Positions 1 to 23,073 of a DNA stretch of 64,000 bases are shown here, piece after piece. The position numbers and the translations under genes are program-made. Source of the DNA: Zygnema circumcarinatum SAG 698-1b. Taxonomy: Eukaryota; Plantae; Zygnematophyceae. The notes below the pieces were generated by a model, which was not told where the DNA came from, made no database searches, and saw only the letters and a program-made list of their open reading frames with translations. The first letter of the stretch is position 1. The number at the start of each line of letters is the position of its first letter. The stretch is taken from the NCBI GenBank assembly GCA_037447605.1, contig CM074814.1:2480001-2544000 (forward strand), given 5' to 3'.

Positions 1-123
1 GGGGAGTGGAGGAGAGGATGGGAGGAGGCGTGCATAGAGGAGGAGGGAGGGGGATTTGGCCAGGGAAGAGAAAGAGAGAGAGAGAGTAAGAGAGAACAAA
101 GAGAGTGAGAGAGGAAGAGTTAC

Positions 124-1632
124 CTCTATGATAGTTGAATACTCTTGCAACCGTTTGAGCTCGCCCAGAACTGATCGAATTTCCTGCCTCGGTGCCGGCT
201 GCTGCTTGCAAAATAATTCCAAAGCTGTCCAGATTTCTTCCCTTTTCTTATGTGTCTTAAAAAAAGTCAGCAGTGCTCCAGCTCCTGGAGAGAGAACTTT
301 AAGTCGATCAGGATTGATTTTCACATTTCGATAGCCCTGCTTCCAACCCTTCCTCCCTGCAGCAAAAAATATCACCATAAAGAAAAGAAAAATAATTAAA
401 TTTGCTGACAATGTTTATTTACAATCAGTTGAAGTAAAGATACACATCTTTGCATGTGCATATTTTTGTAATTTTCTCTTAGGAGGGAATTTTTGGAGCA
501 TACCTTGAGGGTCTGGTTGGGATTCCTTAGCGAGAGGATCGACATCTGGCTGTGAAGGTAGAAGTCTGCCAATTTCGGGGCCAAAATTGTAATTTGTTTT
601 TCGGCCAGCAACACTCTGAGGTGGAATTTCAGCTACAATTCGAGGAGGAATCCTCTTACAATTTTCTTTAGATTTTTTAGCAGAAAAGAAAGTTGATTCA
701 AAAGGGAGAGAAGATATTGTTGTAAATGTCCGGCTTGACAGATTTCTGCAGAAAATACGAAAGGGAGATTAAGAATAAAGCATCGCGAGGCAACTGACCA
801 GAACATCTCTCTCGCTCCCTCTCCCCCTCTCTCTCTCTCTCCCTTCCTGTGCGATCCATTCGACAAAGTGCCTCTCTTCTGTGTCACGAGTGGTCCACGT
901 CTCCTTCGCCACCCATCCATCTTTCTCTCCATCCATCTCAACCAGCCTCTATCTCTCTCCCCCTCTCTCTCTCTCTCGACGATAACACAGGAAGCTGCAA
1001 TTGCCATAAGGGTGTTTCGTGAGCCAAGACAGACCAAATCCAAAGCAAGAAATGAACTTTAAGAGGAGGGAGCGGGCCCCTCACCGTGTGGCTGCACAGC
1101 GACACGTGGCCTCCGCTGCCCTGGCCGGCACCTGAACCTGCAAGAGGCAAAATTGTGCACACACAGTGAGAGAGAGGAAGAGAGGGAGGCGGGTCAGCTG
1201 CAGGGGGCAGTGTGGGATCTTGAAAGGCAGGGCAGGGCAGGGCATGGCTGAAGAAGTAGTGGTAGACATTGGGGTTATACAGCATATAGCAAATCAGCTT
1301 TTTCGGGAAAGAAAGAGCAAAAAAAAGTATGATGGAGAACGTCACAAAATGCTGGAAGTTATCTCAAGACTCTTTAGTTTTATGTTTCAGTGTCATCATG
1401 TGAGAAAGTGGCGGGTCCTATTGCTGCTTCTCTTTTCTTCCGCAGGCAAACCCACAGAGCGCATTGCAGAGAAAAGAGTGATGAATACTAAAAAAGGAGA
1501 GGGGGGGAGAAAGCAAAATGCGCATTATGCTGATTTTTCAACTTCTCAAGCAGAGTAATAATGAATGATCCATTTTGTATGCAAGCCTACAGCAATCAAA
1601 ACTTCGCTGAGAGCACTCACCATGGCCTCCAT
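124..1632 (-). CDS. Organelle-targeted PPR-like protein, 5' part (continues beyond window start)
   Basis: Phase-consistent GT-AG exons on minus: 1632-1621 (ATG GAG GCC ATG|gtgagt), 1137-1085, 745-504, 356-124. They give MEAMVQVPARAAEATCRCAATRNLSSRTFTTISSLPFESTFFSAKKSKENCKRIPP...KKREEIWTALELFCKQQPAPRQEIRSVLGELKRLQEYSTIIE. The N-terminus is Ser/Thr/Arg-rich like a transit peptide; the helical segment resembles the region just before the first repeats of P-class PPR proteins. The gene model is solid, the PPR call is tentative. Confidence 0.6.
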
Positions 1633-1872
1633 AGTATCTCAGTCGCTGGATCAAAATAATAATATTCAGTCGCAATTAAATTGATTGGCTCAATCAGCTA
1701 ACTATCAAACTAAGGCTTTGGTTCGCTTCAAGCCAAACTAAGAAAAAAAGGGCCTCCAAGACAGCTCTCTGTTCTTTGCATGCTATCAGAATGATTTTTT
1801 TTGTTTTCTGCTCGCAGGGCTTTTGATGCAGGTCTACTCTGGGCCCTGTTTTTGAAAAAGAAGACAAACTTT

Positions 1873-2050
1873 AACCCTAACCCTAATTTTGAGAGCGTTG
1901 CGAGTCGCGAACCCTAAACCCTAATTCTGTTTCGTAGCAGCTCAGCGACTGCGCTGTTTCCTGCGGAACAAGTGGCTGGCGGGTTCGGTTTCAGGATCAG
2001 AATTAGGGTCAGAGCTTTTGTGTCCAATGTCATTTTAGGGTTAGGGTTAG
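1873..2050. promoter_or_regulatory. Telo-box-like motifs in a divergent promoter
   Basis: AACCCTAACCCTAA (~1873), AACCCTAAACCCTAA (~1910) and TTAGGGTTAGGGTTAG (~2035) lie between two head-to-head start codons (1632 minus, 2460 plus). AAACCCTA is the plant telo-box. Confidence 0.5.
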
Positions 2051-2459
2051 AGCATTTTCTTGGAAGAGCACTTCATTCAGCCATGGATGTGTGTGGCAGA
2101 GCTGCAGCTCACGTGCAGATGCACGGGCCGAGCATGCCATGCATGTGGATTTGCATTATGCACCGCTTGACGCATTACAGCGGAAACTGAAACATCCGGC
2201 AAAGTGTATGACGATTTGTCTGCAGATTTGTGGGAACACTCTGCAATCTGAGCTGAAAAAGTTACGAATCCTCAGGAAATTGAAGAGTGAGAGAGTGAAG
2301 AAAGAATAAGGGAGTGCAAAGAGTGAAGAGAGAGAGGGAGAGAGAGAGAGATAGAGAAGATTCTTGGATCAAGTCCTGTTTTCTAAGCAGCCTTCATCTC
2401 TTACCTTATTACAAATGAAGAGCTAAGAAATTCCTTGTTGCAGAACAATCCCTTGCTGC

Positions 2460-5117
2460 ATGTGCTCTATCTTCTCAATGCTGAGGGCCTCGCCCTTGTT
2501 AGGCCGCTGCTCCGCAATCCCTTTCACTTGCTGCATGCATTCCTCAGCCTTTACTCTTCTTCATGGCTCCAAGAAGGGGCTTCACTCCAGTATCTTCTTA
2601 AAAAATCATTCATTTCTGAGTTTTTTTTCATCAGCATCTTTGTGCAAGAGGCCATCAAAAACTCTCCCAGCCTCCAGCTTTCAGCTTAGTTTTCAGGGCT
2701 ACAGAAGGAAAGAAGCAGAGCAAAAACGAGGCAGAGCATTCATGGCTGCAGAAAGAAGCTCAGCAGAATCATCTCATTGTGTGGAGGATTACATTCATGA
2801 GGATGTTCGAGTCTGTGCTGAATCAATGCAGTCCCTGCAAGTCTCTGAAACTATCGGAGGAGGAAGCGCACAAGTATTAAGAAGTGTGAGCGCAGATGCA
2901 GCAATTGGGGCTTCACAAGAGGAGCCTTTGATTGTTGCATCCTTCTACAAGTTCGCAGATTTGCCGGATTATGCGGAGATGAGGGAGCCGATCCGGCAGC
3001 TTTGCCAGAAAAATGTGAGAATGTGCCTACTGCTCACTGTATGTCTCAAGTTTGTTAGTTTTCACCTTCTTTGGAGGTCTTTAGGGTTTCTGTTGGGAGC
3101 TTTCAGGATTTTTATTGCGCTTGCTTGTGTGTGCAAGTAGAGCGAACATTTGAGGCACTTTTCCGCGCTTTGAAGAGCGCTTTTTTTTTTACTTTCCTTG
3201 GTCATCCGAAGAGGAAACCTCTGCCCACTCATTCTACATTCCAAGAACTTTCAGACTTCCTCCTTCATCTGGTCTCCATTTCCCCCCCTTCCTCTCTCCC
3301 TTGCAGCTTGTCACTGGAGGAGTCATTCTTGCTCCGGAGGGCATCAACGGCAGTCTGTGCGGCACCAAACCTGCTCTCGAAGCTCTGTTCTCAGCCCTCA
3401 GAAGCGATCCAAGACTCGCCTCTTTGCAGTATCGAGAGGCTCCCGCCGGCACTGAAGAGGCAGAAATGCACTCTCAGCCAAAGGGGTTCAGAGCGAGCAG
3501 CTCTCCCTTAGCCCCTGGGCCAGATGCTCCCTTCAGATGGGACCATGTTCGCGTGAAACTGAAGAAGGAGGTGAGTGATGTGATGTGAGCACATTTACTG
3601 GCAAAAAGTTTTTAAGATTTCCTCCTGGTTTCATGGTTTGCATGTTACTAAGGAGGGTTGACTTTACGAAGGGGCAATGCACATATTGGGTTCATAGAGG
3701 AGTGATGCACAGGTTGAGTTTGGGGAGGTGTGCTGCACAGGTGGTCACAATGGGAGTGGAGGGAGTGAACCCGCATGAGTTGGTGGGGAAATACTTGGCG
3801 CCGCGGGAATGGAATGAACTTATTTCAGATCCGGACACGGTGAGTTTAAAAGTAACCCTAAAACCTACTCCTTCCCTTTCCTTCTCCTCGTCTCTCTCTT
3901 CCTTAGGATGTCGTTACATCTTACTCATGTTTGATCATTGCATTCAATTGAATTCACCAAGGGATGCAGGCAGGCAAGTATGCAAGGATGTAGGCAGGCA
4001 GGGATGCAAGCAAGCAAGGATACAGGTAGGCAGGCAAGCAGGCAGGGGGGTAGGCAGACATGGATGCAGGGAGGTAGGGATGTAAGCATGCAGGGATGCA
4101 TCCCTGTCTACTTTGCTAGACAGGGATACTTACTTTATTACTTATAGTATACTTACAGTATACTTACTTTATACTTACTTTGCCATCATGTGGAGGACAT
4201 GAAGTATGCACCTCTATTTCACTCACAACATGACATCAAGTGGTTAAGACTTGAAAGGAGAACCTATTCCAGAGTTTCAGAATGCGCACATTGTAACTGA
4301 ATGAGTGGTTCCATGTGAGCAGCTCGTGGTGGATGTTCGCAACTCATACGAGATTCGAATCGGACGCTTTAAAGGAGCGGTTGATCCCAAGACGGAGTCG
4401 TTCAGAGAGTTTCCGACATGGGTGGAGCAGCAGCTTAGAGGGAGTGGGTCAGCGGTAGAGAGGGGAGAGGAGGAGGGAGAGAGCACTGCAGCCATGAGCG
4501 AGAGAGACGGAGAGGGAGAGGAGGGTGCCGGAGAACGACGAAATGGTAGTGAGAAGGGACACGTGTCACCAAAGCGTGTGGCGATGTATTGCACCGGCGG
4601 CATTCGCTGTGAGAAGGCAACTTCCTTCATGCTCGCAAAGGGGTTCAAAGAGGTGACCCAACACCCAACTCTTCCAACCCCTCTCTTTCCCACATCTCCC
4701 ACCCTCTTCCATCCTAAACCGTCCTTACATTCTTCATGCTTCATTCTTCATTACATTCATACAATGCTTACATTCTCCTTCCTTCTTTAAAGCCTTTCTC
4801 CCTTGGGTCAAACCATCCTGTGTAGGTATACCACTTGGAGGGGGGAATTCTCCGTTACTTGGAGGAGGTCCCCCCTTCAGAGAGTCTATGGGAGGGCGAG
4901 TGCTTCGTATTCGACAAGAGGGTGGCGGTGGGCCCCACCCTCGCCCCGGGGACGCACCGCCTCTGCTACGCGTGCCGCCGTCCGGTGGCGGAGAGGGAGT
5001 GGAGGGAGGGGCCGTGGGAGGAGGGAGTGGGCTGTGTGCACTGCATGGAGGGGAGGGAGGGAGAGGGAGAGGGANNNNNNNNNNGGTCCAAGTGATAGGA
5101 ATGTGAAGATTGTGTGA
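2460..5117 (+). CDS. STR7: Rhodanese-like domain protein, UPF0176/TrhO family (STR7-like), with transit peptide
   Basis: Exons 2460-3014, 3307-3570, 3741-3839, 4323-4652, 4826-(gap at 5075-5084)-5117, all GT-AG. Motifs: [49 protein letters not shown], the active-site loop [25 protein letters not shown] and [12 protein letters not shown]. Confidence 0.92.
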
Positions 5118-7094
5118 GGTGTTTGTTGTAAGGAAGACGTTTTTTTTTTCCGGTTGAAGGATTGGGTTAGAGAGGGTGGGGGAAGGGAGGGAGGGAGAGG
5201 GGAGGGAGAGGGAGGGAGAGGGAGGGAGGGAGAGGGAGGGAGAGAGAGAGAGAGAGAGGGGGAGGGAGAGAGCGAGAGACAGGGGGAGATAGTGGGAGAG
5301 AGATTGAGAAAAAGCTAGAGAGGGGAGAGAGAGGGAGAGAAGAGTAACTTGAGTGACTTTTTTTCTTTAAGATTTCGTTGTCTGACACTCATTTCAATGA
5401 ACACGTATCGAGATATATGTACGACATATCTCGATATTTGATTCGAGAGAGGTATCGGGAGATTTGATCTCCCTCCTTTCTCTCATCTCTCTCCCTCACT
5501 CTCTCTTCCCTTCCCTCTCTCTCCACCCTCCCTCTCCCTCCCTCCCTCTCTCNNNNNNNNNNCCTCCCTCCCTCTACCTCCCTCCCTCTCCCTCCCTCTC
5601 CCTCCCTCTCCCTTCCTCCCTCTCCCTCCCTCCCTCTTCCCCCCTCTCTCTAACCCAATCCTTCGAATGGAGAAAAAAATATGTAGAGATATGCATTGTA
5701 ACGGAGGCACTGACTTCGCACTGCGATACCATTACCGGCACCGCGCTGTGCTAAAGACTGCGACCTGTTATGTGGAGCAGCGGGCAGTAAAACTGGGTTG
5801 GTAACTATAACTGCATGGAACATCGACGGAACGGCGCCGGGATCCCGTCGCCTAACTGAACACCAACTGTCTCTTGGAACCCGTTCGGACGGTGTGAACG
5901 CCCTTAAAAAAAATGGCTCAGGAAAGACCCGATGGGTACGTGGCAGTTTTCCATTGGCTGAGAATTTGTGGCCACTTAGAACCGGACTCGATTGACCGTT
6001 TGGTGTGTCGAAACGGACAAACGACAGCCTGTCCTCCCAATCTTGCACACGTGGTACACACTGATTGGCCATTTGAACTGGTCTTGTCAATACTCGACCG
6101 TCCTTACAATAGTCACTGATGGCTTCTTCCTAAAGAACAAAAATCAAATCCTGTCAGGGAGATCCACCGACCATTTACTCTCGTCGTATATTTTCTTGCC
6201 GTACGGTCGGCAACCTCGTACATTTTCGTGAAGTGCAAGAAATTTTATAAATGTACGGATAAGCAAGTTGTTTGTCGTGTATTGTTTGTTACCAGATGCC
6301 TCCCGGAAACGGTTGTACGAACACAGTGCAGAGACAGCTAAAGGCGGAAAAACCCTAAGCCCGTACATGTAAGGTAAGCTAAACGACAATTAACCGACAT
6401 CGTAACATCGTACGGTAGGATCAATGATATTGTAGGGTCTCCTAAACGACAACATTCGAAACAATAAACGACAAACATGCCGCGTCAAACACGGTCACAG
6501 ATGGCGTGTTCTTATTGTAAAAACCGAACACGTTGAGAAATTGAGAATTTTGAGAATCGTTTTGAAAAGGGTTCAACTCTGAACAATCGAGGTCGAAATT
6601 TTTTCGATTTAAGAAAGCGAAAAGTGAACAAAAAAAAAGTTCAAAGATTCAATTGGTTCGGTCGCAAGTGTGGATTCCACTTTCTGCCACGTTGGTTTCG
6701 TACGATTTGAGGGATCCAGTTAACCCGGGATCTAACGTAACCGTACGACTCATCAACCGAGCAGACCAACAATGTTCTGTACAAAATTCTGGGGCCACCC
6801 GCTTTGCGATCCCTAATATCTAATTGTTGATCGGTGGACCCGAGATAAACTCAAATTCAACACGAACGATAACTAAATTGTTCACCGTTTTAAAATGGTT
6901 CTCCATAAAAATTGTTTCGAGAAAAAAATTAGGAATTCATTTCTCATCTTCTCAAAATAAATCGTGTTCACAAACATAGGATTTTTTTTTTATTTTTTTT
7001 TGAGAAACTGGTTCTGAAATTTTTTTTTGAGAAGCCAAAAATCTTTTTTTTCTCAACCTGTTCGGTTGTACGGTATCGCCAAGTCCGATATTTT

Positions 7095-7245
7095 CCTGAC
7101 CGTTTCTTGAATTTCCAGCGAATCAGAACCATTGGTCCCAATGGTTGACTAGCCAACCATTGGTTCCAATCGTTGCCAGCCACTGCCCTTGTCAACGCTG
7201 TGCTTTGATTGGCTGACGCCACGCGGCGCAGACCAATGGGAGCCC
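7095..7245. repeat. Copy of the CCAATGGTT/AACCATTGG dispersed repeat family
   Basis: aaccattggtcccaatggttgactagccaaccattggttccaatcgttgcc; the same motif clusters occur at 27450-27900 and 48790-48910. Confidence 0.55.
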
Positions 7246-7701
7246 TCCCTTGGGGCTGGATTTTTTTTTTGTTTGTTTAGGATAAGGGCGATTTTTGGCC
7301 GCTTGATTTTTTCTTTTTTTTTCCTTCCCAAAATAAATTACGAATTCCGAAGGCGAGACAACGATGAAAAATTGGGAGCATGTGAACGATCCCGTTGTCG
7401 TCCGTCCTGTGTGTACGGCTTGTACAGATGTGATGTCGCCGGCGCCACATACGCCAAAGTGATGTTACCAATGTCATGAGGGACCCTCCCCCCCCCCTAT
7501 AGAATGTCTGAGCCGCCAAAGGAAGCGTCTTTTTCAGGACCTGTATTGCCCGGTGAGGGGCGATCTGAGATACGGAGTAGAAGCCGCTTTTAGTAATATA
7601 TTGAAAGATATAATAACGATAAATTAGGGTTTTGCGGCGCTCTATTTTTGGAGCGAAGGGGGCTTGAGTGGGGAGTAAGGAAGAAAGGTTAAGAAGGTAG
7701 A

Positions 7702-8331
7702 ATGCAGGAAACTGTGAAGGGGATGGGGAGGATCAGCATCCATGGCGAACATGGAGGCGGAATCAGAAGTGGGTTTTCTTTGTTGGTGCCCATTATGGCC
7801 ATTTCGATGCTGTTTTTGGGCTCAGTGGAGGGGAACAGCGTGGAGTGGATGAAGAAGCCGATGAATCTGGAGGAGTTTGTGGTTTACAGTGAGGACCAGG
7901 CTCTGCCGTACAACCTGCTGGAAGGGGCGGAGAATGAGATTACAATGGCTGTGAGAAGGGTAGTGAGTAGGGAGGGAGGGGGCGAGGGAGGGAGGGCGGA
8001 AGGGGGAGTGGGAGGGAAGACAGAACTGCAGCCATGGTGGACAGTGGGGGGAGGAGGAGAGCACGCAGGGGAGCTGCTTGCAGGGAGGAGAGGAGACGGG
8101 GAGGAGAGCGGCAAGGACGGGATGAAGGAAGGAAAAGTGGCGAGCAGAATGGAGGAGAACGAGAGGGAGAATGGAGAAAGGGGGACGGAGCAGAAGGGAG
8201 AGGAGAATGCCGATGGTGGAAGAGAAAAGGTGAGGGAGGGGATTAGGAGAGGGGAGAAGGGGGAGGCGGAAGGCAGGGATGATATGAGACATACGAGGAT
8301 GTTCCGAGGTGGGAGTCTGTTTGGCTGGTAG
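7702..8331 (+). CDS. Hypothetical protein with possible signal peptide/TM segment (possibly only a first exon)
   Basis: ATG ORF of 209 aa. It has a hydrophobic stretch (FSLLVPIMAISMLFLGSVEG), then a complex acidic segment (EEFVVYSEDQALPYNLLEGAENEITM), then Gly/Glu-rich low complexity. No family recognised. Confidence 0.3.
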   Translation: MQETVKGMGRISIHGEHGGGIRSGFSLLVPIMAISMLFLGSVEGNSVEWMKKPMNLEEFVVYSEDQALPYNLLEGAENEITMAVRRVVSREGGGEGGRAEGGVGGKTELQPWWTVGGGGEHAGELLAGRRGDGEESGKDGMKEGKVASRMEENERENGERGTEQKGEENADGGREKVREGIRRGEKGEAEGRDDMRHTRMFRGGSLFGW

Positions 8332-10915
8332 AGGGTCAATGGCAGGCAAAGAGGGAGAGGGAGGGAGAGAGTCTGAAGCGAAGGAGAGGGGAATGATAAG
8401 ACAACATCGATCAAGAGTGGATGCGCAATGGGGGGGGAGAAGAGAGCGAGAGAGAGAGAGAGAGGAAGAAAGAGGGAGAGGGAGAAGATGAATCTACTGT
8501 ATCGATGAATAGCGTGGTGAGGAGGACCTGATACCACTGCACCAACATCTTAGTCTTAGCAGAAGCTGCATACCTGTTTTACGTATTACTCTGAGTGCTG
8601 CAGTGGAATTAGTTCAATGTAGGTCCCTTCTTGTAAAATCAAGCACATCGCAAAGCAGGTTTGAGTGGAAACGCGGAGAAGGGCGCGTCGCAGATTAGAC
8701 CCATGTATCATAGCAAGAGGAGGCCCAAAGTAGCTGCGGTTTTTCTTGTGCTTTTTTGTCATTTCGGCATCCTGCTCTAAAGACCCGAAATTAGTCAATA
8801 GGAGATGAAAGCAAAGTAGAGAAGGGGTATATTGCTATCGCCAATCACTTTTTCTGCAATGCAGACGGTCATAGGATAGATGAGCGCTATAAAAGTAGGA
8901 TAACGGGAAATGAAGATTTCGCATGATGCTGTGAAGACTTACAGAGTAGGGACGTCTTTTCTGTATTCTTCCTAGGGAGGGCATCGTATTTGGATCCTTA
9001 AAAGTGTAAGTCCGGTCACGTTTGATGCTCCACAATATGGCAGTCTATGTTGGGAGAGAGGGAGGGGGATGGGGATGGGGAGGATGAGGGTGTGTGAGTT
9101 TGTAATTATGAAAGTGATGGCTTGGGCTATCTATGACTATAATCTTAAGCTGCCCTGTGATTCTATAGTCTTTTGGTTTGTGGTTTTTGGTTTTTATGGC
9201 CATTCTTGGTGGGATAAATGTAAAGGCAATGGATGCAGTTCATCCTGGGCAGTATTTTGTGCTCTGCTTCTATGGTCGTGACATGTGTCACGCATGGCAA
9301 GCGTTGAGGAGCCGTTCAATTGAGAACAGAACCACAATGGGAAGAAAGATAGCAGCAAGGCTCCCTCCGCCTGTGCCCGTCCTTGGAGCGAAGAAGAGAT
9401 CTAACGATAATTTGGTGTCATATGATGGAGAATAATTCTTGAATTTCTTTTGGTCTTTGGTTTGCTGAAAGCTATATGCTGCGGGAGCTGCTCTTTTAGT
9501 ATCCGCCTCCAAGCGGACAGACCGATAAAAACAGGCAGACAGAAACAGGTGTATAAAATGATGCATGCTTCACACATTGCAAACATGAAGCATGTCGAGA
9601 CTAGAATGGAAATTTTCTTTTCCAATTTCTAAACCTTCTCCTTTCATTGTTCTTTGCTTCCTTGTTTACTTTTTTGACTATCGACTTTTGCGACTCCAGG
9701 TTCTCAATTCAATTATATTCCTTATTGGTAATTGGTTGTACATGTGAACATTTAAAAACCTAGGTATGACAGCTTGCGTGAAGACTCTGAATCACTGTTA
9801 GCAGAAAGGTGGAATCCGCACGTGTGAGCGAACTGATTGAACATTTTAAAACTGCGAGAAAGGTTCACATGCTTAACATGTACAAAATTCCAAGCCTCTG
9901 AATCTCAAGTTCGGTCTAATTGAAGTAGTTTGAGACGAGAAAAAATTGCCCGAAAACGTGTTCAAATGTTCAAATTTATGGTACTGTTTTTTCGGCTGCG
10001 GTAGAAGAAGCTCTCTCTCTCTCTCGCTCTCTCTCTAGAACAAGCTCTACATCACTTTCTCAACTGCATCACATTTGTCAACATCACTTTCCGCAAGTCT
10101 GGAACTTCCCCACCCGCAAACTATTATTGGTAGAGAACATTTGAAACAAAGACCCGGAGAGAGTCCGGAGGGAGGGAGAGAAGGGATGATGTTGGCAATG
10201 GGCCAAAAATATGTTGCAGGTACAAGAAACGACCTTCAACATCATTTTCCTTTTTGGGCATGATTGATAATGTTGATTGCGGTGATGTACCGCTCGGAAA
10301 TGTGATGTTGCAAGCAGCGCTGCATACTGAGAAAGCTCTCTCTCCGTTCCTCTGTCATCCATAGAGAGGAAATGTCACCTTAGAAAAATGAACATTGCAT
10401 CCCCTAGACATATAAAGGCTCCATTTGGTGGAGGGAGGAGGGGGAGAGGCGGGAGAGAGGGGCGAAATGGGGGTGAGGTGGGAAGGTGGGAGAGGGATAG
10501 AAGGGAGAGAAGGAAGGGAGGGAGAGAAAGAAGGAGAGCGGGAAATGAGGGAGAGGATGGAAGGTGGGAGAGTAAGGAGAATGTGGAGGGGAAAATGGGA
10601 GAGAGGAAGGAAGAGGGGGGAGGGAGAGAAAAAGGAGGAAAAGGTGGATGGTTGGGAGAGGATGGGAGAAGTCGAGAAGCGAAGTAAATAAACAAAAAAA
10701 ATAACGACTCTTCTTGTCTATCCCCAAACCTTGGTCACAAGTGGAATGAAGCCTTACGAGATGCTCTCGGAACGCCAATCGCATTGCGCCACCTGGCACG
10801 TCTCTCACAGCAAAGCGAAACCTCTACCTCTCTCCCTCCGTCCCTCCCTCCCTCTCTCCCTCCCTCTCTCCCTCCCTCTCNNNNNNNNNNCCCTCCCTCT
10901 CTCCCTCCCTCTCCT

Positions 10916-22553
<11,638 letters not shown>

Positions 22554-22742
22554 GAACCGGAGACCTTTCCCTTACCAAGGGAATGAGGGAGGGGAGGGAG
22601 GAGTGTAGTGAGGGAGTGGAGGGGAGTGGAGGGGAGAGAGGAGGGAGACAGGAGAGGAGGGAGAGTGGAGTAGAGGGAGGTAGCAGACAGCCTCTCCCTT
22701 CCAACTGGCCCCACGACGCCCGAGGCTGCGGACTTTGGCGAC

Positions 22743-22970
22743 CATGGCATGGCACGCCTATGGCGTGGCATGGCTATGGCGTGGTATGGCTATGGCGTGG
22801 CATGGCTATGGCGTGGCATGGCTATGGCGTGGTATGGCTATGGCGTGGCATGGCTATGGCGTGGCATGGCTATGGCGTGGCATGGCTATGGCGTGGCATG
22901 GCTATGGCGTGGCATGGCTATGGCGTGGCATGGCTATGGCGTGGCATGGCTATGGCGTGGCATGGCTGTG
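22743..22970. repeat. 16-bp minisatellite (GGCGTGGCATGGCTAT)n, about 14 units
   Basis: Directly visible tandem array about 190 bp upstream of the PQQL ATG. It explains the stop-free MAWHGYGVAWLWRG ORFs in all three plus frames. Confidence 0.95.
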
Positions 22971-23073
22971 GCTCAGGCCGCCGGATGGCCGTCCCCGAGG
23001 CGACAGTTTCATGGCTAGTCCATTACTCACTTGACATTGGTTATGAACTGGGGTGAGAAAGCGACTACAGTAG

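Noticed and set aside
633-1043. 136-aa minus ORF
   Set aside because: Off-frame shadow across an intron and exon of the PPR-like gene.
3960-4120. GCAGG/GCAAG repeats giving the [13 protein letters not shown]
   Set aside because: Degenerate intronic minisatellite inside the STR7-like gene.
22735-23056. MAWHGYGVAWLWRG repeat proteins, or a CRISPR-like array
   Set aside because: Translation of a stop-free 16-bp minisatellite; there are no unique spacers and no cas genes, and the context is eukaryotic.
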